Shown: positions 1-13,043, numbered from the whole stretch's first letter. The stretch: DNA of 63,785 nucleotides, filler included, from Calcarisporiella thermophila CBS 279.70 (GCF_041956535.1; 8 parts of 8 records of this genome joined end to end with filler, not necessarily neighbours in it); one strand, 5' to 3'. The notes: a model not told the origin generated them from the letters alone. Numbers and translations: made by a program.

Positions 1-18
1 CGTAACAATTCACGTGGA

Positions 19-90
19 AGCGACGTGGAACAGTGGAAGTTCGTCAGGCTCATAACCTGAAGGTCAAAGGATCGAAACCTTTCGTCGCTA
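19..90 (+). tRNA. initiator tRNA-Met (CAT)
   Basis: Cloverleaf AGCGACG...CGTCGCT-A, anticodon loop CT-CAT-AA, A1:U72 pair and T-loop ATCGAAA (A54, A60), typical of eukaryotic initiator tRNA. Confidence 0.95.
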
Positions 91-1036
91 ATCTTTTAAA
101 ATCGTATCCTTTTGATACTTCAGCAACTGCCATTTTCTTTAGATCTAGATAATCTTTCTTTTTTAACATACTACAAATGCCGTCCTTCACTAATGGCCGA
201 TCGGTAACAGACCAATATAATAGGATATGAAATCTGTGATTTTAGCATAAGTTGTTCTAAAAGTTTCCTAATATATCCTCATAACCATAATTTTATATTT
301 AGGAAATATAAACCAAATATAAAAACTTAAATGGCTTTCCAATATTATTTCTACAATACATAGACCAAATAGGAAATAGTAAGATCTGTTTTAAAATTCT
401 ACTTATATAATTTCTTAATCATTTGATCTCTTATTGGAAACTAGGGGCAAAAACAAATGTACTTAAGATAAATGAATTTTGTTCGCATTTTTGTAAGCTA
501 GGCGCTAAATTCTTAGGCAAGTGTGTGTAGCTTGGATTATTGAATCAAACAAGCTTGTACCTTATTCATCTCAATCTAAGCACCACTGTTTTTTTTATGA
601 AGCATTGGATTCTCAATTCCCATCATATCTAAAACAGTGGTTTAAAGTTACTAATTCTCACCAGTTCATTGAAAATAATTGCTATTAAATGTGAGTTCTT
701 AGAGATTAAGGAATATTTTCACAACTTTGTTTTCAACTCAACACTAGAAGCATGCAATAAGATTATTGCATACCTCTAGTACACCCTCTACAATGGTATG
801 TATTACTAATCTTGATTCCCATCAGCAATATTTCCGATTTTGTCCTAATATAAGATTTTCCTTTTTTATTATAATTATGTAAATAAATTTCCGATATAAT
901 TTTCTAACGAACTATACCCTTTCTTTCGTTTATATTACGCGTACGGTCTCCTCTATCAAAGACCGCACGATACTGTTAGAGTCTCTGTAACATGAGCTCA
1001 CAATATTCACTAAGGAATTTTCCTCCTATCTTCATT

Positions 1037-3487
1037 ATGAATTGGGGGCTCTTTAGTTCCATTACTCTCCTTTTCTTATTCTGCTCAATAGCTAATGCGC
1101 AGACAACTTCTATTGACTATAACAAATACGTGGATTTGTTTATAGGAACAGGACCTGGAGGGTAAATAAGTCATAAATTTTAACTACTGTATCAACATTT
1201 CGCACTTACTTTATTTTTACTTTAAGGCATGTATTTCCTGGCCCCAGTTTACCCTGGGGAATGGTAAAGCCAGGGCCAGACATGGATAGCCCTGAGCCAC
1301 AAGCTGGCTATTTTCTTACTGGAAATGTAACTGGATTTAGTCAGCTCCATACCGATGGAACCGGAGGTGGCGGCCCATATGGGAATGTAAATTTCATGCC
1401 TGTCACTGGAGAAAATTGGTCCTTAAAAGACTATTCAAGTGTACGTGTCAATGGCTCAGACACTGCTTCCCCAGGCTATTTTTCTATTGGCCTCAAACGC
1501 TATGGGCTTAAGGTAGAGCTTACGACTGCCGCACGCGCCTCACTTCATCGTTACACTGCAACTGGTACTTCTGCGCCCATTACCGTAATTATTGATATGC
1601 AACACGACCTCATGAAGAGTTATCAAGGAGGATTTGTGCGAGTTATCAACGACCATACTGTGGAAGGCTGGGGGACCTACCTTGGATCGTTCAATCGGGA
1701 AGCTCCTTTCAAAGTGTACTTCCATGCGGAGTTCGATCGAAAAGCCTCAAAGGGGAGATTTGGTGTATGGCGAGATGAGGTGATGAACAGTGGTCCTTCG
1801 GAGGCCAAGGGTGATAGAAACACACCAGTGGGGGCCTATTTCACATTTCCTGGCACCGAAAAATTGGTTCAAGTGCGTGTCGGAATTTCATTTATATCTA
1901 TTGCCAATGCAAAGCAAAACATGAATCATCCTGAGGTGGGAGTGCCAAATTTCAATTTTTCAAGTGTACGCAAAAATGCAGAGCAGGCCTGGAATCGAGC
2001 ACTCTCCCGCGTGCATATCGAGGGTGCAACAGAAGACCAGATGAAACTTTTTTATTCATCATTGTATCGGACAATGCTTATGCCAGTAAACAGGACAGGT
2101 GAAAATCCTAGCTGGAAGAGCACAGAACCATATTACGATGACTTCTACTGCATTTGGGATACTTTTCGGTGCTCCCATGCATTGTACACCTTGATCCAGC
2201 CAGATGCTCAGGCCGAAATGCTGCGGTCCCTCATCGACATGTCGCGGAATTACGGGGGCTGGCTACCAGATTGCCACATGAGCAATAATCCAGGGTTAAT
2301 CCAAGGTGGCTCTAACGCGGACACTCTCCTTGCGGATGGAATCATTAAAAATCTAGGACGCGGAATCAACTGGGAACATGCTTATTCGGCAATGCTTAAA
2401 GATGCTGATGTAGAGAGCCCCGATTATGAACTGCTCGGCCGAGGATCGGTTGAATTTTATAAGACTCTTGGATATATCCCCAAGGATAATGAATTTGATG
2501 GCCAGGCAAAGCATCATTCGACTGCATCGCGGACTCTAGAGTATGCCTATAACGACTTTACAATTGCTCAAGCTGCAAAACACCTTGGCAAGATGGACGA
2601 CTACCGAAGGTTCAAGAAGCGAGCGGACAATTGGCAAAAATTGTGGAATCCAAACGTTAGCGACAGCGGATTTACTGGATTTATTCAGCCACGGCTCAAA
2701 AATGGTTCATTTTATTTCTTCCATCCTCAATACTGTGGTCCTACGATGAACCGCCATAGTTGCTACTATGGATATCCTACCGAATTTTACGAGACCTCTA
2801 GTTGGGCCTATTCCTTCTATGCGCCACAAGATATTGCCAAGCTTATCGAGTTGATGCAGGGGCCCGAGACATTTGTGCGACGGATCAACAAATTGTATTC
2901 ATCTGGATTCTATGATGTGGTAAATTTTATCGTAGGAAAACTGTGGCAATATTTGGATTCATTAACAATACTATCACTAGGGAAATGAGCCGGTATTTAT
3001 GGTACCATATCTCTATATTTGGGCCGGGAGACACGACTTGACAGTGGAGCGCGTTCGCGAGGTGGTTATTAAAAATTTCAATACCACAAAATATGGCCTT
3101 CCGGGTAATGATGATGCAGGGGCCATGGGCGCTTGGGTTAATTGGGCTATGATGGGATTATACCCTGTCGCGGGACAAGATTTTTATCTGCTGTCTTCAC
3201 CCTTCTTCCCTCTCATAACAATTGATCTTGGAGATGGGCACACGTTTACTATCAAAGCACACGGCCTATCTCCTACCAGCAAATATATTCAGCGTGCTAC
3301 ACTCAATGGGAAGCCTCTGAAAGGTGCCTGGTTCCGACACAAAGATATCATCCAAGGGGGTGACCAACCGACCTCAGCAGATACAAACACTCAAACGAAG
3401 GGATTGTTGGAATTATGGATGGGGGATAAACCTAGTGATTTTGGAAAATCCGATTTTCCGCCCTCCTCTTCGACAGAGAAAGAGTAA
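1037..3487 (+). CDS. Secreted GH92 alpha-1,2-mannosidase (3 exons; introns ~1162-1226 and ~2920-2980)
   Basis: Signal-peptide-like N-terminus; GH92 motifs WGMVKPGPD, WDTFR, SRTLEYAY, GNEP (across the intron), LPGNDDAGAMGAW; GT..AG introns restore the frame. Confidence 0.9.
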
Positions 3488-3698
3488 ACTCTTCTTGTTT
3501 CGATATGACTGATACCACAGCACTATTTCTGACAATTAAAAAAAAATGTAAAAAAAATTATTTATTAATCGTGTATTGTTAAAATTAGTGTTTCTTATTT
3601 ATGCACTTGCAATAGTACTAAGCAATTTGCCTTATAAAAAAGGGCTAACTATGATTTATATATATATTTCTGAGGCTCGATGAAAAACAAAAAATACA

Positions 3699-3770
3699 TA
3701 GCGACGAAAGGTTTCGATCCTTTGACCTTCAGGTTATGAGCCTGACGAACTTCCACTGTTCCACGTCGCT
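3699..3770 (-). tRNA. initiator tRNA-Met (CAT), second identical copy
   Basis: Exact reverse complement of 19..90. Confidence 0.95.
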
Positions 3771-3784
3771 CTCACGTGAATAAG

Positions 3785-3839
3785 ATAATTCGAGTCATAT
3801 ATCAAGTTATCCAAATAAAATTTAAGCTCCGACATAAAT
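3785..3839. repeat. tRNA-upstream element, copy 1
   Basis: 46/55 ungapped identity to 56146..56200; separated by 14 nt from the 5' end of the mature tRNA. Confidence 0.8.
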
Positions 3840-3889
3840 AATAATATTTATGTCATGGGGGAGGGTTAGTGTAGTGGACTATCCCTGGG

Positions 3890-3989
3890 NNNNNNNNNNN
3901 NNNNNNNNNNNNNNNNNNNNNNNNNNNNNNNNNTTAATTAATTAANNNNNNNNNNNNNNNNNNNNNNNNNNNNNNNNNNNNNNNNNNNN
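3890..3989. other. Artificial contig/gap linker (also 17787-17886, 21906-22005, 25267-25366, 54051-54150, 56209-56308, 61912-62011)
   Basis: 100-nt N runs with a central TTAATTAATTAA six-frame stop, identical at all seven sites. Confidence 0.98.
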
Positions 3990-4034
3990 AATTATTCCTT
4001 TATTTGGCCAATATGCCATGTATTAAATTATCTA

Positions 4035-5636
4035 TTAAACTTTGCCCATAACGGAGCGATTACATGTAAGTTTTAGCAGGAATATAATTAAACCAGAAAG
4101 AAGAGTCATGAACCCGGAAAATAGAATTGAAGGCAAATAAGGATTGCTTAGAGAGGGTTTATGAAGTGCAGCGGCGATAGGAGTACCAACAAGGTTGCCA
4201 ACAAACGTAGAAGCGAACACCAAACCAAGTGCGCTTGGAAGATTTCCAATTCCTATGAGAGTAAAGGCATGTTAGGGCTCACTTTCTACCAAGATATATA
4301 TATAGTGAATGAATATAATTACCACTTAATTCTGCCGTCACCACTCCCACCAGTGTTACGAATCCTCCTCCGAAAAATCCATAAAATAATGAAAAGATAC
4401 ACATGGGGGCGAATGAGAATGAGAAATTCCAAATAAGGAGTATTGAGAGAGAGGAAAAAATTAAGCAAAAGCACATAACATTGATTCTTCCGAGGCGATC
4501 GGCAGCTAAACCTAGGACAATTCGCCCAACAGCATTGGCCCCATTCATGAGAGCAACAAACAACGAACCATTTTCTCTACCGAGCCCAATCGTAAACGAA
4601 AATTCTAATATTCGCAATTTTTAGTATGGTTAATTTCCATGATTGTAGTCAGAGCATAATCAACATACCAGGAGTCAGGTAAAATGGCACGACATATGCA
4701 AAGTACTCAATGGCGATGGCCACAATATATAGTGCAAGCTTTTTTTGCTTGAGTAGTGAAACGTCGACAGTGAACGGGCGAGCTTTATCCCTGACTACTC
4801 TTCCCTTAATCAAGATGGTGGCAGTGGCCAGCATAATAAACGCCATTATTCCTATAATGCGTAGCGTCCACCCGATTCCAATGACGGCAATTAATTTGCT
4901 CGTCACCGGGCTGAGAACTAGTCCTCCAATGCCTGTCCCACATACTGCAATGCCTGAAGCAAGGCCTCGGTGTTTTGTAAACCATTCAGGTATAGTTCCT
5001 ACCGATGGGAAGAAACTTAGTGAAGAGCCAAGTCCATACAAAACACCTTGAGTCAGGAAAAGTTGCCAAATCTGTGTGAGATTAGAGTAGAAGCGGTTCA
5101 AAGAATCAGAAGCTTTTCTCAATAAATAAAGAAGACTACCTGAGTAGAAAATGATGCTAGGATTAGGCCAAGTGGAAGAATGATTGTAGCAGCCGCCAGT
5201 AGGGTCCTGACACCAAAACGGTCCACCAACGGGCCATTTATAGGTCCACACACGACTACCAAAGCAGTGCCCACAGTTCCAATTAGGGATATTACCGATG
5301 GCGATGCTTGCCCTTTGAACTGAACATTTTGATAGTATTCTTCATAGACACCCCAGGTCAGACCATAGCCAAATATGACCCATTGACACAAGAATGCCCC
5401 GAGAACTACGAGCCAACTTGAATAAAATAGGATTAGCCAGTAATCAAAAAAGTGAGCTAACGACAGCTTATACCCTACCCATAACCTCCATCAGGTGCTT
5501 CCGTTGTAGTTGGAGTATTCTCGGCTATTCGATTTTCCTCAACAGTCGAGATATCTGTCTCTGGCTCTACCGAAGAATCACCGAGATTTCCATTTTGTTG
5601 CTTCTCTGAATCTTTGCTCCAGGTTTGGTGGCTCAT
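4035..5636 (-). CDS. MFS monocarboxylate (MCT/Mch-type) transporter, multi-exon
   Basis: Motifs GPLVDRFG, TQGVLYGLG, EWFTKHRGLASGIA, GRIVLGLAADRLGR; hydrophobic segments spread over spliced ORFs. Confidence 0.88.
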
Positions 5637-7028
5637 TTAGAGATTGCGAAATTTAGCGAAAAAAATAAAAAACATAAAAACAGAAATCGGTTGTCCAGTG
5701 AATCCTCAATTATATTTAGGTAAAAAATATTCTACAATTTGTTAAACGCCTTCGGACATGAATTAGTAATTGCCAACCCATATACTGCTTAAGATATCGG
5801 AGAAGATTACACAGCCAAGCGTGTCACAGAGTAACACGGGTAATAGTTTTATATTTTTTCAAAGTGCCCTTAATTATGACGCCTAAATTGTTTACCTAGA
5901 ATACAAGAAATTTGGCGAGTAGGTGTATTTCCCAATTTCGTTGCAGTTTAATCTATCTATTCGGTTTTCAGCCCCTGATCGTTTTTATCGTTAAGAAGCC
6001 ACGCCTATTGTAGATTGTTTTGAATTAAATTCCTTCGGCTATTAACCGTAGAAATAAATATTCATTATTACGAAAATGGCTTAATATCACACAATTATAT
6101 TATATCGGACATTAATTTTCGAGGATGACTTGTTCGAATAATTTTATTTCAACAGACAATAAATTCCAATTCCGGTCCTTCGGGGTAAGTATACTTTAGG
6201 TCCCTTTCGGATCGCTATTAGATCCAGCTAGTTAAACTCGTCTCCGGTTTGATGCGGAGAATAGATACTTCTTAATTTCATCTAGGGTTTCGCAATACAA
6301 ATTTTAGGGTAGTGATAAAATAGATCCTATGTTGATACAATGTCATATTATCGAAATTCAATTACATTAGACTGTATTAGGTTTCAAAGATGTTGTTAAA
6401 TACAATATAGTTGCAATTCTGGGAGGGAGAGCATTGCTGCAGAAAAAGAAATATGGTAAATAATCTACTATTTATAGGGGATTATCGTGCGAAAGTTTTA
6501 AAGCTGTTATTGATATGCATTTGTTCTACAATATTTTTTTATCCAGCAAACTTCGGCTCCATATACGTTCATCTTGTATTCCAAGTTTTCACATATTTGG
6601 ACTAGAAATACTTTAAGCTTTTTTTTTTACCAAGCATCTTTAGATTGTGGCCATAGTTGAGTATGATAGAGCACTGATGAGTTCATTACTACAACGGTCT
6701 CGGAGATGATTCAATCATTACCGCCGCATTAATGTTTAAAGAGCCCCCAAGATATCAGTTTAATCCAATAGTAAGGCTATAAACGAATACATAATACAGA
6801 TTCAAGCAATCAGAATGTATATTGTTTGTGTGGCGATTCATATTGCGGTATTTCAATCACACTCATTTATCCTTCATCATTGGCACCGCCTCAGGATTGC
6901 CGCACTATATAATAAATACCATTTCTTCGTACCAGAGAGACAAACATTATCAAAAATCTTACACTTTTATTTACATTTTCTAATACGTTTTCAATCAGCC
7001 CAAACTCGTATCAGGTCAAAAAAGGGAG

Positions 7029-9454
7029 ATGTCAATTGTCCAGAATTATTCCATTAAGCATGAAAATGGACTGCCTTTCACCATTTATGAATGGAAAGAT
7101 TCCGAGACCGATGCGGTAGGATGGATTGCCATTGATGGCTCGACTCCTTCATCCGCCGGTGGCGGCTTATTCATGTCGGCCTCTGCGACTCTCATGGAAG
7201 TGTGTGATATTGCCAATACTATGAGCAACAAGATGTGCGTATCTCGAGTTAGGACGATTCGTGGTGCCAAGGGAGGAATTCGCTTCAACCACAATGACCC
7301 ACAGGCACGAAATGTTTTGAGGAGGTTTCTCCGTGATAACAGGCATATTCTAGAAAATTATTGGGGTACCGGTGCCGATCTAAACACAAACCACGAAGTC
7401 ATCGATGAGCTATGCCAGGAAGAAATTGGTATTCCCACTGCTCTCTATTCACTCTATAAATCCCAGGGTTTGGAACATGAAACTGAGGAACTGCGTAGGC
7501 CTCTTTCTTTCCAAGCCAACCCCTATCATAATCTAAGTGAAGCATCTGTCGGGTACGGTGCGGCCATATCGCTCCTAGAGATGCTCAAGCTCTACAACCA
7601 AGATCTGATTGGCCATGCCAAAGTAATAATTCAAGGTTTTGGTACGGTTGGCAGCACTTTTGCATATTATTTGCATACCCTTGGAATTGGACAAGTTGTC
7701 GGTATTACAAGCATTGATGGCATGTATATTGACGAAGAAATGGATATTATCCAGCTATTGGAAACTCGGCATAGTCGAGTTGGAGAAAGTTCTTACGATA
7801 ATACATCAATTGAGATTTGTTTGACTGAAGAGCAGCTTAATTCTGGGTGCTACAACAAGCGCTTAACTGATGAGGACAATGAGGCTTTCCTGAAACGGTA
7901 TATTAATTTGAATCCTATTTATTCGATAAATTTACTAATTTACAAAATTGTATTAAACTCTTCATTTAACATAGCTTTGTCAACAGCGTACAGGCTGATG
8001 TGTTTGCCCCTTGCGCTGGACGGTATTGCATGACCCAGGGGATCCTCGACACTTTAGTAAATTATACCTTTGCCGCTTCTTCAGGCTACCGTTTCATTGT
8101 AGCAGGGGCAAACAATATCTTTGGGAAATACGTAAACGGAATAGCTGAACGCGCTTCCAATGAGGAGCAAGCAAGGTTCTTAAGCATCTTGGCAGATAAT
8201 CGTATCCAAATGCTGCCTGAGTGGGTCTCGAATTCTGGAACATGTTCGCTATTCATGCTCACATCCACCCGGCGGTATGACAGCGATTCTGATGTCGTAA
8301 GCAAAATCCTTCAAGATATTAGCAAAGATATAACTCAATTTACATGGAATGCGGTACGAAACGAACTGCCATTGCACAATAAATCATCGCTCAAGCTATA
8401 CGACCTTTGCACCGATTATGCCAGCAAGATTCGCAGCTCACAGCTCACGGCTCCATCAAAGGATGTTCCTATTTCAACGCTGAAGCTCTCTACAATACAA
8501 CACTATCACCTCATTACTAAAGACTTGGATTCGTGCCTTCCATTCTACCGCGATAATTTCAATTGTACTCTGTACCACTTCACCAAGCCTATCGCCAACA
8601 TTGATAACGAGATCTTTTCGCGTCAGTGTATTGTCAAGTTTAATACAGAAAATGATCCATTCATTATTATCTCAGAGAGCCCAAATCGTCGTTTAGAGGA
8701 CTGTGGTATTGTGTATATGGCCTTCCATGTACAGGATACTATAACGGACGCTAGGAAGGAGCTGGAAAGAAACTCGTATGGTTACAAATACATCAGGCAG
8801 CATCCTTTGTGGAATACGGACGCAATTCTGATAGATCAGCAAGATAAAAATGGTTGCAACACCCTTCTATTGGCAAATAGCACCAAGCTCGATGATCTAG
8901 ACAACACTTGTGTCAGAGTGGAGAGACACGGTCAAGAATCATCGCTCCATGTTAAGGGTATGGATCACTATACTGCAATCGTCCGCGATGCTGATGCTGC
9001 ATTACGCTTCCATGTTGACTTTCTTGGTTACCGGCATATCGATACAAAGAAGCTCAATGTTGGTACAGCACCTGAGGGTGAATATGATATGATCAACTAT
9101 GTACTGGGAGTTCCGAGCGACGATAAGCGCGTTTTGGTTCTCACGGAAGGATTAACCAAGGAGAGTATCTTTTATAAACTTCTCGAGAAAAAGGGTCATT
9201 CCTACATTCACCATATTGCTCATGAGTTGGATAATCTCGAGAACGCCCTTGATCGAATCCGAAAGACAGCCTATCAGCCTACAATGGATAAAATCAAAAA
9301 CGATCTTGTGCTTGGTTTGAAGCAGATATTTATTAGTGACGAATTCCTCAACCATTTCGTTGAGCTTGTAGAACGCCCTACAGTAGTTAGCCATGGTACA
9401 TTTACCAATGACAATATTGCCGCCTTGGCTCGTAGTATGAACAAATACGTCTAG
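7029..9454 (+). CDS. Glu/Leu/Phe/Val dehydrogenase fused to tandem VOC (HPPD-like) domains, 782 aa; intron 7898-7974
   Basis: AGGG, GAKGGI, GTGADL, IQGFGTVG, then after splicing ADVFAPCAG, IVAGANN, PEWVSNSG; C-terminus has DHYTAIV, IHHIAH, LKQIF, VELVER, TFTNDNIAAL. Confidence 0.85.
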
Positions 9455-10054
9455 GAGGATTGTTAATTATTGTGTTAGAAGCTTAAATATTTTTATAGTT
9501 TAAGTATATTTACATAGTTTATATTCATTTTACAATACATATTTATTTATATCACCCTTACGTTAAAACATATGAAGTAGGCTGATTCGAGTTTAGAGTA
9601 TAATGAAGATAGTGTTAAATTAACTAAATTCATTAGTGACTATTACAGTATTCTATGTATCTATCATTATTAAAGATATTAAAGAGTACCCTGAAATAAG
9701 TCATAGATTAATAAGCTATCTTTTTGCTTTTTTTTTAGAATATGAATTACATTCATGACCTAAATAAAAGGTCCCCTTTGTCACTGGCTATTGGCTAGTT
9801 ACTATGTATAATACGGGAATATCTACATTTGAACTCAATTGGGCTAAATATAATGTATTCTAAGAGTGCGGAGTGGAAATTTTTATGATTTTAGAATATA
9901 AGCCACAGGCTATTTTTGTTAACTACGTCAGCCTAATACAGAATTATGGAGTATACCTCGGATTTAATTACACGTGAAAAGTGTAAATGAAATTTATAAC
10001 TGGTAGTCTTAAGATTCCATCTCTCCACAGAGAGCTTGCCACCAAAAAGTATTA

Positions 10055-11104
10055 ATGGAGGAAAAAACATTCAACTCAATCACTTACAAAGTAAATGGTC
10101 GAATTGCTACTATTACACTTTCTCGGCCAGAAAACCTGAATGCTATTGACATTTTCATGGGTGATGAAATTGCCAAAGCAGTAGAGCTTGCAAATTATAA
10201 TGATGATGTACACTGTATAATTCTCACGGGAGAAGGACGCTCATTTTGCGCAGGCTATGACCTCAAAACTTTTGCCGAAGTGGGGGAATTTTCACAAGGA
10301 ATGCCATGGGATCCTACAATTGATTACCAATACATGTGGAGCAACACCAAAAACTTTATGAGTCTCTGGAAAAGTTACAAGCCGACCATCGCGAAAGTCC
10401 GTGGACATGCTATAGCAGGAGGAAGTGACATCGCATTATGTTGCGATTTGGTAGTGATGGCAGAAGATGCCAAGATAGGATATCCTCCGGCGTAAGTAAA
10501 TGCTAGTTAGAGCCAATCTATATTCGTTTCGAAACATAAGAAAGATTGAGCACAGTGATGTTTTGTAATTTTTACTAGGCGCGTTTGGGGATGCCCCACT
10601 ACGGCCATGTGGGTAGGTATTTGTACTATTATTGATTACCAGAGTGATGTTTATAAAAATGATCGCTACCTCAATAATTCTATTATATAACATCAGGTCT
10701 ATCGATTGGGAGCGGAAAAGGCAAAACGTATGCTCCTAACTGGTGATCTTATTACTGGTAGAGATGCAAAAGAAATGGGCTTGGTTATTGATGCCGTCCC
10801 CGAATCAGAGCTAGATGCATATGTTGAAAAGCTGGCTAACCGCATTGCAGCCGTTCCGCGTAATCAACTTTTAATGCAGAAAATGGTAATTAACCAGGCC
10901 ATTGAAACGAGTGGGATGGAGGCAACACAGCGATTGGCAACTATTTTTGATGGCGTGGCCAGACATACTCCCGAAGGTATTTGGTTCCGAAAACGCTCGG
11001 CCCAGGTTGGCTTTAAACAAGCCGTCCAGGAGAGAGACGGAGGTGAGCCAATTGCACCAGGAGTTGAGCATAAGACACTATGGGCTTTGAAAGCAATGCT
11101 TTAA
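10055..11104 (+). CDS. Enoyl-CoA hydratase/isomerase (crotonase) family, 3 exons
   Basis: ITLSRPENLNA, FCAGYDL, IAKVRGHAIAGG, DAKIGYPP, AKRMLLTGD. Confidence 0.9.
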
Positions 11105-13043
11105 TGATGTATTAACAACAATTAGTGAATTGACATAGCAAAGAATTGAATAATATAAACAAGTCCTTAATAGTTCGGAAATGAATGATGTGAATGATTT
11201 CTATACAGTAGAGTAGAGTAAAGCACTTGAAATCCAATATGTCATCAACTGATGACTTCATCCACAGAGTGCCCAACCTGATGAAAGCAACTTTAGACAA
11301 TTCAACAGAAGTAAAGGCTTGCCAAACTCATTACTCCGACCAAGCTCGCATAGAAGAAGAGTTCGAAATCGGAGAGAAAGATATCGTTTCAATGACTAAC
11401 ATTCAACCAATGTCACAGACTCAACGACTATCGATAACGTTACAGCACAAGCCACAAAGTTGGTAATTTTGCGAGATCATAGACAAGGAAAGACTATAAA
11501 TGTGAGAAACTTGAAAATAAAAAGAACCTCGAGCTTTCAGTAAAACATTGTATTGACTATTAATCGTTTTGTCCTAGTTAATCTTAATATATACTTAGAG
11601 CGGTAATAGTTTTCCTTCAATTTTGCTTCGATAAATTCCCATCCAATATCAAAATTACCTTTATCTAAGTAGGACTGAAATTTTACGCCTCTGATTTTTT
11701 TAACCCATGGAGTGATATGAAGCCTTACTGTCCATCAATTTTATAGGTTTGTTTCCATGATTAACCTAACTAATATCTATGAAAAAGATTAAAGACCCCA
11801 TAACGTATATACAAAAAAGAAAGTATGCCTTTAGGTAAATATTACTGATTGACCAAGGGCTATTACTGGCGTTGGAAAGTTGTTCATTTAAAATATTCAG
11901 AGTGATAGTAGTAGCTTTGATATTCGTGTATAAATGTACACATTAAGGTTTTTAGATTATTCTCAGACAATCCTAGCGCTACTTTCTGATATTTTCTTAG
12001 TATATTAGCAGATTGTATGGGATGAGTCAATTTATATATAATGCTGCACTAGATGCACTAATTTTATTCACTATACAATAAGATTTATATTTCTTGGTCA
12101 TTGCTGCAATTTAAAGTAGGGAGTATGATTTCATTGTTAGAATACTTATTTATATTTCGAGAATTAGTAAAGATAGATGGGGTATAAATAACTGCTACCG
12201 ATTAAATGAATTTTAACTTATAATACATTGCACAGTTCATGCTTATGAGCTATTTCGAGACTTTATAATATATTATCAATTAATTATTGAACCGAATCTA
12301 TATATTCATTTATCAAATTAAAACTATAACCTAGTTTTAATTTTTATAATATAAAAATTGTAGTCTTATTAATTAATATATCATATTCTAGAATTTTTTT
12401 TATGTTGACTGTTCGATTACGCACATCAGTTTCACATTCAGGTTTTCCGGGGTAAGAAACGCCATTCACTTCACTTAACCTTGTGTGACCTTCCTTCAGA
12501 AATTCTATAATTTCAAGAATTCACCCAATGCCTGCACATTGAATGCCCATTTTAAGTACCATAAACATTGCTTCTTTATTGCATCCATTTCTAATCTATT
12601 TTTCAGAGTTCGTCTAACAACATTCAGAAATTTACCAATTATTAATATAGAACGTAGAGCGTGTGAGAAGTTTATGGATAGATAGCAAGCATAGTTGCTT
12701 TAATACAGTTTATGGTGAAATATAAAATTTCGAAAATAAAGCTGTGGCAGTGAATTTGCTCAACGCCTATTCTCAAACCTGGATTTGCCTCGGTTTGTCG
12801 CCTGTTCACTGAGAGAACATGTGTCGATCAGAATAAACAAATCTTAGCTGCTTACGAATCAAAAAATATATCTGCCAAAATGTATCATATTTTCCGTCAT
12901 TGAGACCAACCATATTTCGTAAAATACTTCAGTTTAGCTTTTTATTATAAGCACAGGCTAATTTTCTCAGTAAAAAGAATTTTTCAACCTTCGTCTCTCA
13001 ACTTTCTACTTTTCTTTCGTCTCCTTTATTACACTCTTTCACA

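Noticed and set aside
3934-3945. Recurrent TTAATTAATTAA motif as a biological repeat
   Set aside because: Always centred in 100-nt N runs; it is an assembly linker.
6646-6730. tRNA-like or hammerhead-like sequence upstream of the fusion gene (TGTGGC..GCCGCA pairing, CTGATGAG, TTCA)
   Set aside because: No consistent anticodon or T arm, and no properly placed GAAA core; cannot support tRNA-Sec or a ribozyme.
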